64,000 bases of DNA from Macrostomum lignano. Its lineage: Eukaryota. The notes beneath the pieces were generated by a model. That model made no database searches, was not told the DNA's origin, and saw only the letters and a list, made by a program, of their open reading frames with translations. How positions within the stretch are numbered: position 1 is the first letter of the stretch; the number at the start of each line of letters is the position of its first letter. Shown here in pieces: positions 1-12,819 of the stretch. Position numbers and translations under genes: made by a program. Location: positions 1-64,000 of the forward strand of contig NIVC01003384.1 in assembly GCA_002269645.1 (NCBI GenBank), read 5' to 3'.

Positions 1-141
1 ATAAAAACCACAAGGGTAAATATTCCTAGACTTCAAGAGACTTCTTACTCGTGTCTTGATTATTATATTGTTATACTAGTGTGTGTCTTATACACCAAAT
101 TATACCGAATTGAATACATTGGCTCACTGCTTTGCTTATAC

Positions 142-809
142 TAGGGTTTTTTTATGCGCAGAGTGTGCGTATGCACCCTAAATTTTAAAATTGCACCCTG
201 AAATTAAAAAGTAGGTGCAGTTTAGGTCCTGATTGCAGCGCATGGGTATTTTGGCGGACGGCGTCTGGCGCGGATCAGCCTGCGCGGCGCAGCATTGGTG
301 GTGGACCAGGGGTAAGTCGCAAAAATGCCACCCCATAGAATACAGGCGTAGTACTAATTAGATGCTGAGGCATTTAGGTTCGATAAGACAGTCATAGTTA
401 CTCCTGCCGTTTACCCAAAACTGCGTTAATTTTGCTTTAGGGTTTCTTTCACAGGTAAGTCATTTCACAGCGTGGCGCAGGTTGTGTAGGCGTCTGGCAT
501 ACTTAAGCCATGCGCTGGCAATAGGGGTTTAGGTGCAGTCTTATAACCATTTTTCTTAAAGGCTTAACTATGCTTAAGCTATTTTTCATGCACTGCCTTA
601 AAATATGAAACAAAATAACTCTTTAAATCCTATTAAGTCATATAGGCGATTTGGCTATGGCTATAGCCTTATGTAAGATATTAAAATATACATTCCCAGT
701 TGTCTAAAACAAGACTCAAGAGAAATTGCACTCTAAGCCTTAAAATTGCACCTTGAAATTTGGCATAAAGTGCGATTTTGCACCTTGTCTCTGGCGAAAA
801 AACCCCCAG
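142..809. mobile_element. Non-autonomous TIR element (hAT-like MITE, about 670 bp) carrying a 28S rRNA-like fragment
   Basis: Ends are tagggttttttt (142) and aaaaaacccccag (809), an imperfect inverted pair. Subterminal ttgcacc motifs recur at both ends. Left flank gcttatac (134-141) matches right flank gcttacac (7/8) once the nested element at 813-1189 is removed. Confidence 0.6.
352..416 (-). pseudogene. Degenerate 65-nt fragment of cytosolic 28S rRNA (helix 69-71 region, R2/I-PpoI target area)
   Basis: tactaattagatgctgaggcatttaggttcgataagacagtcatagttactcctgccgtttaccc aligns without gaps to the recalled antisense eukaryotic LSU sequence cactaattagatgacgaggcatttggctaccttaagagagtcatagttactcccgccgtttaccc (55/65 by hand count). 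It is not part of an rDNA unit. Confidence 0.75.
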
Positions 810-812
810 GCT

Positions 813-1189
813 TAGAGGTCGGACGGGATTGAAATCTTCGGGCGGGATTGGGATCGGGAATAATTTTTTTCTTGGGATCGGGATTTCGGGAATCAGGATC
901 AGGTCTTTTAGTGTATTGTCAATGTAAAGTTAAACAAAATTGAGAAAAGATTGTCAAGATCAAGAAGTAAAACACAACAAAATTGATATGAAGTTTTGTA
1001 ACCAACAAAGTAAATAATGTAACAAGTACAAGTTAAAGCAAAATACCTTCAAGTAATCACTAATTCTATAAATTATTTAATCAAAAGACCTGTTCTTGAA
1101 TCTCGAGTTTTTTAGGGTCGGGATTCTTGTCCCGCGGGAATTCAATTTTCCTCGGGATCCCGAGATTTTGGGATCCCGTCCAACCTCTA
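813..1189. mobile_element. MITE with 17-bp TIRs and GGGATCCC-rich subterminal repeats
   Basis: 5' end tagaggtcggacgggat; 3' end atcccgtccaacctcta (reverse complement tagaggttggacgggat). The flanking duplication is caggct, or caggctta if the overlapping TA is counted. Confidence 0.8.
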
Positions 1190-2839
1190 CAGGCTTACAC
1201 TCAAGAAAATATTAATCAGTATACGAGAAAAGGTCTTAAAAATCTAGAATATTCATCACGAAACAAATAAGATATTTGTGTTAGCAATTTAACTAGACAA
1301 ATACCAAAAAGGCTATTCATCCGGTTACCGGACAAATAACAACTGCCATAATAAAAGTGCCATACAATTATGAATCAGTATGATGGAATTGTTAGTTTGT
1401 TATTGTTTGCAGCAAAGATAGCTATCTTAGAGCTAAGAGAACAAATTTCTGCTTTTTAAACATAGCCTTGGAAATATCCATCCCTGAGAATTTGGCTGGT
1501 TGCTAATGAGCCACAATTCGGATCGTGTAATAGTGTACGCCGGAACAAGAATCCTATCTTAGCTAAATGTAGACCAGTGTACGCCAAAAAACAAAAAATT
1601 TCCCTAAAATGTACGCCAAAAATTCCTCCTAAAAAGGTCATTCAGTTTTCACAATTAGAGTTTTCTAAGAAAGGCTTTCGTATGAAAAGTCTTTCAAATA
1701 TTACAAATATTTTCATTTTAAACAAACTTAAATTGAACGTACAGAAAAAAGCATGCAAAATTTACGTTCTTAGCAATAATTTACACAAGTTTTATTTATT
1801 GTTAATTTTATTAAAAAAGCAAAAAGTTTATTACTGACTTTCTAGACTATACAAATTCTTCTTTATTTTACGTAAAAACAAAAAAGGGTTAATTTACATT
1901 ACAATTTTTATACACAGCATGAATTTATTCACCAAAATTGGTACTCCAAAAATTTCTTGAGCTCAAAGTGGTATGCCAAAATAGCCAAACTTTTCAATGG
2001 TTTGCCGGAAAATTCCGGCTTACATGTAGGCCTAACCTTCCTGAGTATGGCCAATGGGCAACCAAAAATAGCCATTGGCAATTAGATTTTGAGCCCTAAG
2101 GCCAGACTCCGGATAGTATACATGTACGCCAGAATTTTCTAGCATACAGAGGGACCTAGATTAAACCTTTGGTGTACAACTTGGCATACAAAGGGGCCTT
2201 GTATGCCTTTTTGGCATATAGCTTGGCATATAGAGATTGCCGAGACCAACAGGTGGGACCAAAAGTTCCAGGTCCCAACAATCAATCTACACAATTAGCA
2301 TACAAAAATGATTAAGTTTGCATTTGGTGCAGTCTCTATGTACATAGTTATAGTAACTAAATTTTGATCAGAAAGAATAGCTGGCCCTTTACGAAAAAAA
2401 CAGAAAACTAAATTTAAAAAACTGGGTTTAACTTTTCTAAGAAATTAAAAGTAAAACAATAATAGTTAAAATGAACTAGTTCTCTACACTTTAGTAAAAA
2501 CTAAATGTATATAATCTAAAAAGTTTAACTTTGTAATGCTTCAATTCAATTCAAACCCTAATTTTTTTATTATCTGATCTCTATTTAGTATTTTGGATAT
2601 GTATTCCAAAAAGACTGTATATAAATGTAATATATAAAAAATTTACTTTAAATTGTATAATAATCTAAAAAATACATGTAGAACCTTTTATTGTTGATCT
2701 TATATTTTAGCCTTCAAACATGCATATAAATTGGCATGTATAAAGCATACTTGTACAATATTTTATTCAGTGTTGTGTTATTAGCATCCTCCTTTGAATT
2801 GAATACCTGTTTAGTTAAATATTTTCAACAATCTTTTAG

Positions 2840-5800
2840 GGCAAGATTGCTGCTAACTTTCTGCTCCACTCGCCTCCTGGAGAGTCTACTGAGGTTTGGC
2901 AAGGTGAGTTTTGCTAAACAAAAATAATTTTAGACATTTTATTCCGATTCTATATATACTACTTAAGACTCACTATGTTCCCTCCCTCAGATTTGAAAGT
3001 ACTATTAGATGACGAGCAGATTGTCCGCAGTAAACTGCTACCTGCGCTGATCAAGTATAACAAAGACCAGCTCACTCCAGTTTCGGTTGAGAACAGCAAG
3101 TTGCGCTGCTTGGTGACGCAGTATAATGACCTCGGGGCGGCCGTTTTGCCGACCACCGCACCCAGCAGAGCTTCAAGTTCGATCATCTGAAGCGAGAGGC
3201 TACCGATTTTCAGGTATTCAACTAATATCCTTGAAGCAGCTAAATCATGAAGTCATGGAAACTAGTCCTGAATTCATGGAATCTGTAGTCCCTGAAGTCA
3301 TGGAATCTGTAGTCCCTGAAGTCATGTAAACTGTAGTCCCTGAAGTCATGGAATCTGTAGTCCCTGAAGGCATGGAAACTGTAGTCCCTGAAGTCATGGA
3401 ATCTGTAGTCCCTGAAGTCATGAAATCTGTAGTCCCTGAAGTCATGGAAACTGTAGTCCCTGAAGTCATGGAAACTGTAGTCATGGAATCTGTAGTCCCT
3501 GAAGGCATGGAAACTGTAGTCATGGAATCTGTAGTCCCTGAAGGCATGGAAACTGTAGTCCCTGAAGTCATGGAATCTGTAGTCCCTGAAGTCATGGAAT
3601 CTGTAGTCCCTGAAGGCATGGAATCTGTAGTCCCTGAAGGCATGGAAACTGTAGTCATGGAATCTGTAGTCCCTGAAGGCATGGAAACTGTAGTCATGGA
3701 ATCTGTAGTCCCTGAAGGCATGGAAACTGTAGTCCCTGAAGTCATGGAATCTGTAGTCCCTGAAGTCATGGAATCTGTAGTCCCTGAAGGCATGGAATCT
3801 GTAGTCCCTGAAGGCATGGAATCTGTAGTCCCTGAAGTCATGGAATCTGTAGTCCCTGAAGTCATGGAAACTGTAGTCCCTGAAGTCATGGAAACTGTAG
3901 TCCCTGAAGTCATGGAATCTGTAGTCCCTGAAGTCATGGAATCTGTAGTCCCTGAAGTCATGGAATCTGTAGTCCCTGAAGTCATGGAATCTGTAGTCCC
4001 TGAAGTCATGGAATCTGTAGTCCCTGAAGTCATGGAAACTAGACAAACAAATTTAAATTAACAATTCTCATCTGCCCAGGAGCTGACACTCCCAGACGAT
4101 GTCTTGGCCCTGACGAAGCCTCTGGACGACGAGATCAGCAAGTACGTCGAAGACCAGTTTCAACGCGGCAGCAGCTCCATTTTTGGCAAAAAGTCCCCTG
4201 ACACTGGCGACATCGAGCTGACTATCTGCATTGAGGCGCATCATTTCAAGTCGAAGAATTTCCAGAACGGCCGCTGGCGCAGCATCTGGTCCTGCACCGT
4301 GCCCAGCGGCGGCCTGGCTGGGGAGAAGACTGTCTCCTGGACTGGAAAAATTAAGGTTCAGGTGAGCTTGCCAGTGTGGGCCACCTGCTTGAACTGGATG
4401 CTAGCGTCCTCTGCAGTGCTAGCCGTCCCTTCTCTCCTACTCTCCCTACTCCCTCTCCCTCTCCCTTCGCTCCCTCCCTCTCCCTTCGTACCCTCTCCCT
4501 CTCTCTTCTCTCCCTCTCTCTTCTCTCCCTCTCACTTTTCTCCCTTCCTCTTCTCTCCCTCTCCTTTATCACTCTCACTCCTCTCCCTCCCTCTTCTCTC
4601 CCTTCTCTTCTCCGCCTCCCTCTTCTCTCCCTCCATCTTCTCTCCCTTCTCTTCTCTCCCTCTCATATCTCTTAATTTCCTCGATCTCAATCTCCCTCTC
4701 GCCTCCATTCTCCCCATGCGCCCCTCTTTATTCTCACTGTTGTACTCCAAGTTAACGTTGAACTGTATTTTCATTTAATATGTCTACTATTAGTAGACAG
4801 AGTCTAAATTCTAATCATTTTTTTTATCCTGAGCGTATTATAATTAAAAATCAGCACAAATATATTTTAACAAAACCTCACTCACCAGGTGCATCATTTC
4901 GACGACGGCAATGTGCAGTTGCTGTCCACCAAATCTCTGGAGCTGGCCTGCCCTGGCGGTCGGGAGGCCGGCTTTGCTGCCGACGTTGCTAGGAAGATTC
5001 AGGAGGCCGAGACAGCCTATCAGGTTGGCGATCTGCTTTTTGGGAATTGGGAAGATTGTCTCTTATTAGGATTTGGGGAAGATTGTCTTATTGGATTTGG
5101 GGAAGATTGTCTTATTGGAATTTGGGGGAGATTGTCTTATTGGGATTTGGGGAGGATAGTCTCTTATTGGAATTTGGGGGAGATTGTCTTATTGGGATTT
5201 GGGGAGGATAGTCTCTTATTGGGATTTGGGGGAGATTGTCTTATTGGGATTTGGGGGAGATTGTCTTATTGGGATTTGGGGAGGATAGTCTCTTATTGGA
5301 ATTTGGGGGAGATTGTCTTATTGGGATTTGGGGAGGATAGTCTCTTATTGGAATTTGGGGAGATTGTCTTATTGGGATTTGGGGAGGATAGTCTCTTATT
5401 GGGATTTGGGGGAGATTGTCTTATTGGGATTTGGGGAGGATAGTCTCTTATTGGGATTTGGGGAGATTGTCTTATTGGGATTTGGGGAGGATAGTCTCTT
5501 ATTGGAATTTGGGGAGATTGTCTTATTGGGATTTGGGAGGATAGTCTCTTATTGGAATTTGGGGGAGATTGTCTTATTGGGATTTGGGGAAGATTGTCTT
5601 ATTGGGATTTGGGGAAGATTGTCTTATTGGGATTTGGGGAAGATTGTCTTATTGGGATTTGGGGAAGATTGTCTTATTGGGATTTGGGGAAGATTGTCTT
5701 ATTGGGATTTGGGGAAGATTGTCTCTTATTGGGATTTGGGAAGATTGTCTTATTGGGATTTGGGGAAGATTGTCTTATTGGGATTTGGGGAAGATTGTCT

Positions 5801-6434
5801 CTTATTGGGATTTGGGAAGATTGTCTTTTTAGGATTAGGGGAAGATTGTCTTACTGGGATTTGGGGAAGATTGTCTCTTATTGGGATTTGGGAAAGATTG
5901 TCTTATGGGGATTTGGGGAAGATTGTCTCTTTTTTGGATTTGGGTAATATTTTCCAAGATTTTTAGTTCCAAATATGGCATGTACTTAGATGCCTGTCGT
6001 GACACAGCTATCAATAACACACTATGAATCATAGCATCCCGGGCATCCCAACAACTGCGCGAGTGCATGCTTGGTTATTTATAAAAGTGCAAAGCAGTGC
6101 AAAGGCAGTTTAGCTAGTTTATCAGTGCGTTCTACAGAAGCTCCCGCATTTTGTTCCACTAGCTCGGGGAGGGGGATGGGGCCGCGGTAGAGGATTTCGC
6201 AAGAAGCACTTGGGCCTTAGGGAGTGATTTCTGCTTGTGTGGCGGTTCTTTGCCGGTAAATTATTAGCACACTTATGCCAACTCTGTCTCTTCTTTGCTG
6301 CGGTTCTGTATCATTCGTTTGCCTCGGTAGCGGCTGGGCCAGTCTTATTATTATTATTCCGACTCGTGTTATTGCTATTGCTATTGATTGGGCGGCTTCA
6401 AAATTGCTTTGAAACTGCTTTTTACGTTTACTGA

Positions 6435-6525
<91 letters not shown>

Positions 6526-6533
6526 CGCAAGCT

Positions 6534-6589
<56 letters not shown>

Positions 6590-6598
6590 TACAGGCAG

Positions 6599-6641
<43 letters not shown>

Positions 6642-6654
6642 AAGACAGACACAC

Positions 6655-6687
<33 letters not shown>

Positions 6688-6706
6688 CACAGACAGACAG
6701 ACACAC

Positions 6707-6749
<43 letters not shown>

Positions 6750-6774
6750 AAGACAGACAGAAAGACAGACACAC

Positions 6775-6837
<63 letters not shown>

Positions 6838-6838
6838 A

Positions 6839-6885
<47 letters not shown>

Positions 6886-6898
6886 AAGACAGACACAC

Positions 6899-6941
<43 letters not shown>

Positions 6942-6954
6942 AAGACAGACACAC

Positions 6955-6995
<41 letters not shown>

Positions 6996-7174
6996 GTAAC
7001 AGCAGCCCGCCGCCACCGCAGGAGGGCCTGAAGGGCGTGTTCTTCAACATGAGCGGCCACGTCAAAGGCTTCCGCCGTCCCCTGCCCGTGTTCGGCGAGA
7101 AAATCCCCTGGGAGCGGCTGACGTCTTTGAAGATTGGGGAATCGCTTCAGCACCTGCAGGACGAAAACAATTGA
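2840..7174 (+). CDS. CAPZA: F-actin capping protein subunit alpha (divergent paralog; first exon not located; 1-bp deletion in the G-run at 3134-3137)
   Basis: Exons 2840-2903, 2991-3213, 4080-4361, 4889-5023, 7022-7174 (TGA), all GT-AG. Family motifs: [79 protein letters not shown]. Adding one G restores the frame (LGGGRF). Confidence 0.9.
3246..4040. repeat. Intronic minisatellite, 24-bp unit gtagtccctgaagtcatggaatct
   Basis: Direct tandem copies. They explain the MESVVPEV and FHDFRDYR ORFs. Confidence 0.95.
4425..4720. repeat. CT-rich low-complexity tract (intron)
   Basis: Pyrimidine-only ctctc/ctccc runs. Confidence 0.85.
5040..5945. repeat. Intronic minisatellite, about 25-27-bp unit ttgggatttggggaagattgtctta
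   Basis: Direct tandem copies starting about 15 bp after the splice donor at 5024. Confidence 0.95.
6436..6996. repeat. (GACA)n microsatellite
   Basis: Near-perfect tetranucleotide run ending about 25 bp before the last CAPZA exon. Confidence 0.97.
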
Positions 7175-7737
7175 TTGAGGAGAATGCGATCAATATCTGC
7201 TGAGTTCGTTAATAATATTTAATAAACTGTTCTAAATGTAACCAAGAATTATTATTGATTTTATTGCGGCAAATCCCTGCCTCTCATCCTGCAGGATGAC
7301 GGGTTTAAAAATAAATTCCGAATTTTATTTCGACTTGTTGCCTGTTACAATAAATAGTGTATATATTATAAATTTATAACTGTTACTACTGTTGCTAATC
7401 CGTTATCGGTGATTAACGCTAAGTATGTTTTACGGAATTGCAGCGATTTGGCATTCCGGTAAACTTGCTTATTTTCAATCTTATTATTATCATTCTTCCT
7501 GTCGGGTGGTTTGTCTGTTTAAATAGTTCATAATTTTGTTTTCATAAATTGTCTCTGCTACAATATTGACTTCTGATTTGAGTAAGTGTGCGCTGCGCTT
7601 TAGTTAATAGAAAAAAATCTTTTGTAACTGCCAGGTTTTATAATCGTTTGGCGATGAGAAGTAAAAAGCTAAAAAATCGACATCAAAATCGATATTCCTA
7701 TGCAGAGTTTCAGGATAGTGAGCTTGTGGTACTCTAG

Positions 7738-8640
7738 TATCTCCGACACTTCATATCTCCGACACTTCATAGCTCCGACACTTCATATCTCCGACACTTC
7801 ATATCTCCGACACTTCATATCTCCGACACTTCGTATCTCCGACACTTCATATCTCCGACACTTCATATCTCCGACACTTCATATCTCCGACACTTGGTAT
7901 CCCCGACACTTCATAGCTCCGACACTTCGTATCTCCGACACTTCGTATCTCCGACACTTCATATCTCCGACACTTCATATCTCCGACACTTCATATCTCC
8001 GACACTTCATATCTCCGACACTTCATATCTCCGACACTTCATATCTCCGACACTTCGTATCTCCGACACTTCATATCTCCGACACTTCATATCTCCGACA
8101 CTTCATATCTCCGACACTTCATATCTCCGACACTTGGTATCCCCGACACTTCATAGCTCCGACACTTCGTATCTCCTACACTTCGTATCTCCGACACTTC
8201 ATATCTCCGACACTTCATATCTCCGACACTTGGTATCCCCGACACTTCATAGCTCCGACACTTCATATCTCCGACACCTCATATCTCCGACACTTCGTAT
8301 CCCCGACACTTCATAGCTCCGACACTTCATATCTCCGACACTTCGTATCCCCGACACTTCATATCTCCGACACTTCATATCTCCGACACTTCATATCTCC
8401 GACACTTGGTATCCCCGACACTTCATAGCTCCGACACTTCATATCTCCGACACCTCATATCTCCGACACTTCGTATCCCCGACACTTCATAGCTCCGACA
8501 CTTCATATCTCCGACAATTCATATTTCCGACACTTCATATCTGCGACAATTCATATTTCCGACACTTCATATTTCCGACACTTCATATTTCCGATACTTC
8601 ATATCTCCAAAATTTCATATCTCCGACACCCCATGTCTCC
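7738..8640. repeat. Minisatellite, 16-bp unit ctccgacacttcatat
   Basis: Direct tandem copies. Confidence 0.95.
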
Positions 8641-9459
8641 GACGTTTCATATCTTCGGCAAGCGTTAACCCTAACCATATCGGGTAAACAGCAAATATTG
8701 AGTGTCTGTGGGATATGCAGTCCGTTGATAGTTGCTATTTTAAAGCACTTATTCAGGTTCACAATTGCAGCACCTATCAATCCTGATAGCCTAGAGGTGA
8801 CGATGCACCTCAGTGGAGTTCGAAATGCGTCGAAATATTAACGTAACGTTTGTCTTAATTTAAAACAGTGAAAAATCTAATTACATAAATGTCTATCCAG
8901 GTTGATTGTGCTTTTTCTGTCGAACGGTAATTATCGTATAATAATATATAGTTCAGAGTTTCGAGTTTATCTGAAATATATGTTTATTTATTTACACAGT
9001 AATTTGATAGCACATACAGTATGCTTTAATTACATCTATGCACCACTCGCTGCTCTATATTGTGTGTACTCCAGTGTGTCTGTACACCATTTTGTCTCAA
9101 ATTTAACAATTGATTGATTATTGGAAAAATATATAAAATTTTTAATATACACTTAATACTTGCAAACACTATTGACAATAGCCGTAATAAAAACTGTAGT
9201 GCAGTATGCATTGTGTGCGTTCTTTGTTAAAATCCTTTCTAGCTATTTTATATACCTAGACGATCTGCCATTCGTTGCTTTAAGGCTTTGCATAGGTATA
9301 GGTTGTGTGACCACTTCTGCTAGTGTAAGAAGTGACCCGTTTCAATTTCAGTTCCTTACACCAAAAGACATTGTACTTTTTCTTATACTATCTGGATTTT
9401 TTTATTACCTATTAGTCGATAAGTAAGTTACTTCAATGTCTTTCACCTTACACACTTTA

Positions 9460-10503
9460 AGGTGCTCCACCAGAGACACTTTTGCTCCACCAGACTTCAA
9501 GGTGCTCCATCACAGACTCTTCAAGTGCTCCACCACAGACTTCAAGTGCTCCACCACAGACTTCAAGGTGCTCCACCACAGACTTCAAGGTGCTCCACCA
9601 CAGACTTCAAGGTGCTCCACCACAGACTTCAAGTGCTCCACCACAGACTTCAAGGTGCTCCACCACAGACTCTTCAAGGTGCTCCACCACAGACTCTTCA
9701 AGGTGTCCCACCACAGACTCTTCAAGGTGCTCCACCACAGACTCTTCAAGGTGTCCCACCACAGACTCTTCAAGGTGCTCCATCACAGACTCTTCAAGGT
9801 GCTACATCACAGACTCTTCAAGGTCCTCCACCACAGACTCTTCAAGGTGCTCCACCACAGACTCTTCAAGGTGCTCCACCACAGACTTCAAGGTGCTCCA
9901 TCACAGACTCTTCAAGTGCTCCACCACAGACTTCAAGGTGCTCCACCACAGACTCTTCAAGGTGCTCCACCACAGACTCTTCAAGGTGTCCCACCACAGA
10001 CTCTTCAAGGTGCTCCACCACAGACTCTTCAAGGTGTCCCACCACAGACTCTTCAAGGTGCTCCATCACAGACTCTTCAAGGTGCTACATCACAGACTCT
10101 TCAAGGTCCTCCACCACAGACTCTTCAAGGTGCTCCACCACAGACTTCAAGGTGCTCCATCACAGACTCTTCAAGTGCTCCACCACAGACTTCAAGGTGC
10201 TCCACCACAGACTCTTCAATGTGCTCCATCACAGACTCTTCAATGTGCTCCATCACAGACTCTTCAAGGTGCTCCACCACAGACTCTTCAAGGTGCTCCA
10301 CCACAGACTCTTCAAGGTGTCCCACCACAGACTCTTCAAGGTGCTCCACCACAGACTCTTCCAGGTGTCCCACCACAGACTCTTCAAGGTGCTCCATCAC
10401 AGACTCTTCAAGGTGCTACATCACAGACTCTTCAAGGTCCTCCACCACAGACTCTTCAAGGTGCTCCACCACAGACTCTTCAAGGTGCTCCACCACGGAC
10501 ACT
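9460..10503. repeat. Minisatellite, about 21-24-bp unit caaggtgctccaccacagactctt
   Basis: Direct tandem copies, with a block of about 240 bp duplicated internally. Confidence 0.95.
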
Positions 10504-10693
10504 TCAATAAGTATTTCCTAAATAATTCAAGATATTTAGTAATTTTTCTCGAGGTGTTTGCAGAACATTTAGTGGCATTTTTCAGGCTAGAATGTTAAAA
10601 TATTGAATGTCATAGTGACTTTAATCTTTATACAATTTTTTATGTTGTTCACAAACCCACCATTGCAGCGCTCGTAAAAAAACGGTTGCTAAA

Positions 10694-12786
10694 ATGTTGG
10701 CCAGAGCCTTGACAACCGTTGCTATGCAGCAGCAGCAGCAGCATCTCAGCAGAGTCAGGTAAACTTACTGATAGATGTAATTGCAAAAAATCGCGAGTCC
10801 ATTAGTGTGAGATATCTGCATCACGTGTACTTTAGCTGCTAATGTATATTCAATAGAGATCTTTTTAAAGGAATCCACCATTAGTTCTGATAGCTATGTA
10901 AAAGAATCAATTCTTAAAATCGCCATTTATATCCCCCCTGTTGATTGTCTTTATAATCCCGCATATCATCATATCATACAATTGAAAGTCCAAAAAATTG
11001 CTATAAATATTCCCCTAACAATTGAATTAAACTTCCCCGAAGAGTCGCATTGGAATTCCCCAAGAATCGCATTAGAATTCCCCTAAGAATCGGATTGGAA
11101 TTTCCTTAGAATCACATTGGTATTCCCCTAAGAATCGCATTAGAATTCCACTAAAAGTCGCATTGGAATTCCCTAAAAATCGCATTGGAATTCCCCTAAG
11201 AATTGCATTGGAATTCCACTAACAATTGAATTGGAATTCTCCAATAATCGCATTAGAATTCCACAAGAATCGCATTGGAATTTCCTTAGAATCGCATTGG
11301 AATTTACTTAGAATCGCATTGGAATTCCCCCAATAATCGCATTGGAATTTCTCCAAGAATCGCATTGGAATTTCTCCAAGAATCGCATTGGAATTCCCCC
11401 AAGAATCGCATTGGAATTCCCCCAAGAATCGCATTGGAATTCCTGTAAAAATCTCATTAAAATTCCCTAAGAATCTCATTGGAATTTCTTTAGAATCGAA
11501 TTGGAATTCCCTTATAATCACATTGGAATTCCCCCAAGATTCGCATTGGAATTCCCCAAGAGTCACATTGGAATTCCCCTAAAAGTCACATTGGAATTCC
11601 CCTTAGAATCGCATTAGAATTCCCCCAAAAATCGCTTGGGGATTCCCCAAGAATCGCATTGGAATTCCCCAGGTATCGCATTGGAATTCCCCTAAGAATC
11701 GCATTGGAATTCCCCTAAGAATCGCATTGGAATTCCCCTAAGAATCGCATTGGAATTCCCCCAAGAGTCGCATTGAAATTCCCCTAAGAATCGCATTGGA
11801 ATTCCCCTAAGAATCGCTTTGGAATTCCCTTATAATCGCATTGGAATTCCCTTATAATCGCTTTGGAATTCCCTTATAATCGCATTGGAATTCCCCCAAG
11901 AGTCGCATTGGAATTCCCCTAAGAATCGCACTGGAATTCCTTGAAGAATTGCATTGGGATTCCCCGATAATCCGTTAAAATATCAAAACTTCCTCAGCTG
12001 CCTGAGCCCGGATTTGGCATCATCAGCGGCAACAACCGCAGCTCGAATCGGCAGATCCGGTAGCCTTGACGATCACTTAGCAGCCACCGACGAGTTGAAA
12101 AACTACAATCAAGAGGATGACGATGAAGACAATCCCGATGAGGAAGGCGAAGAGGCTGGCGCATTGAAGCAGGAAGAGGATGAGGATGGCGCAGCGTCAG
12201 CTCCCAGCCACGATGACCTTCTGCGTAATCGTCTTCGATCCTCTGAACCCTCGAATCTTCGTCGAGATAAAAGCGAATTAGTGGCGGAGGCGGAGAGTGC
12301 GGCAGCTGCAGCTGCTGCTGCAGAAGCGCTTTGGCGCCCGTTCGAATTGGTGCATCAGCCTCTCCAGTCTGCTGCTGCTGCTTCTCGTTCGGTCGCTAAT
12401 TACGGCCGGGGTGCTCAGTTACCGCCGCAAAGTGCTGCTCAGGCTATGCTCAACGAGTCCAACTGTGAGTGCGAATGGTGAATAGATGGGAGGCAGGCAG
12501 ACAGACAGACAGACACTAAGACAGACAGACAGACACTAAGACAGACAGACAGACACGACACGACACTAAGACAGACAGACAGACAGCAGAGACAGACACT
12601 AAGACAGACAGACAGACACTAAGACAGACACTAAGACAGACAGACACACAGACAGACACTAAGACAGACAGACACACAGACAGACACTAAGACAGACAGA
12701 CAGACACTAAGACAGACAGACAGACAGCACAGACAGACACTAAGACAGACAGACAGACAGACACTAAGACAGACAGACAGACACTA

Positions 12787-12819
<33 letters not shown>

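Noticed and set aside
1560-2260. Scattered gtacgccaaa/ttggcata motifs suggesting an old TIR element
   Set aside because: Termini and TSD could not be defined.
3240-10598. Long repetitive ORFs ([29 protein letters not shown] and similar)
   Set aside because: They are translations of mini- and microsatellites, open in several frames and on both strands. The same applies to equivalent ORFs across the window.
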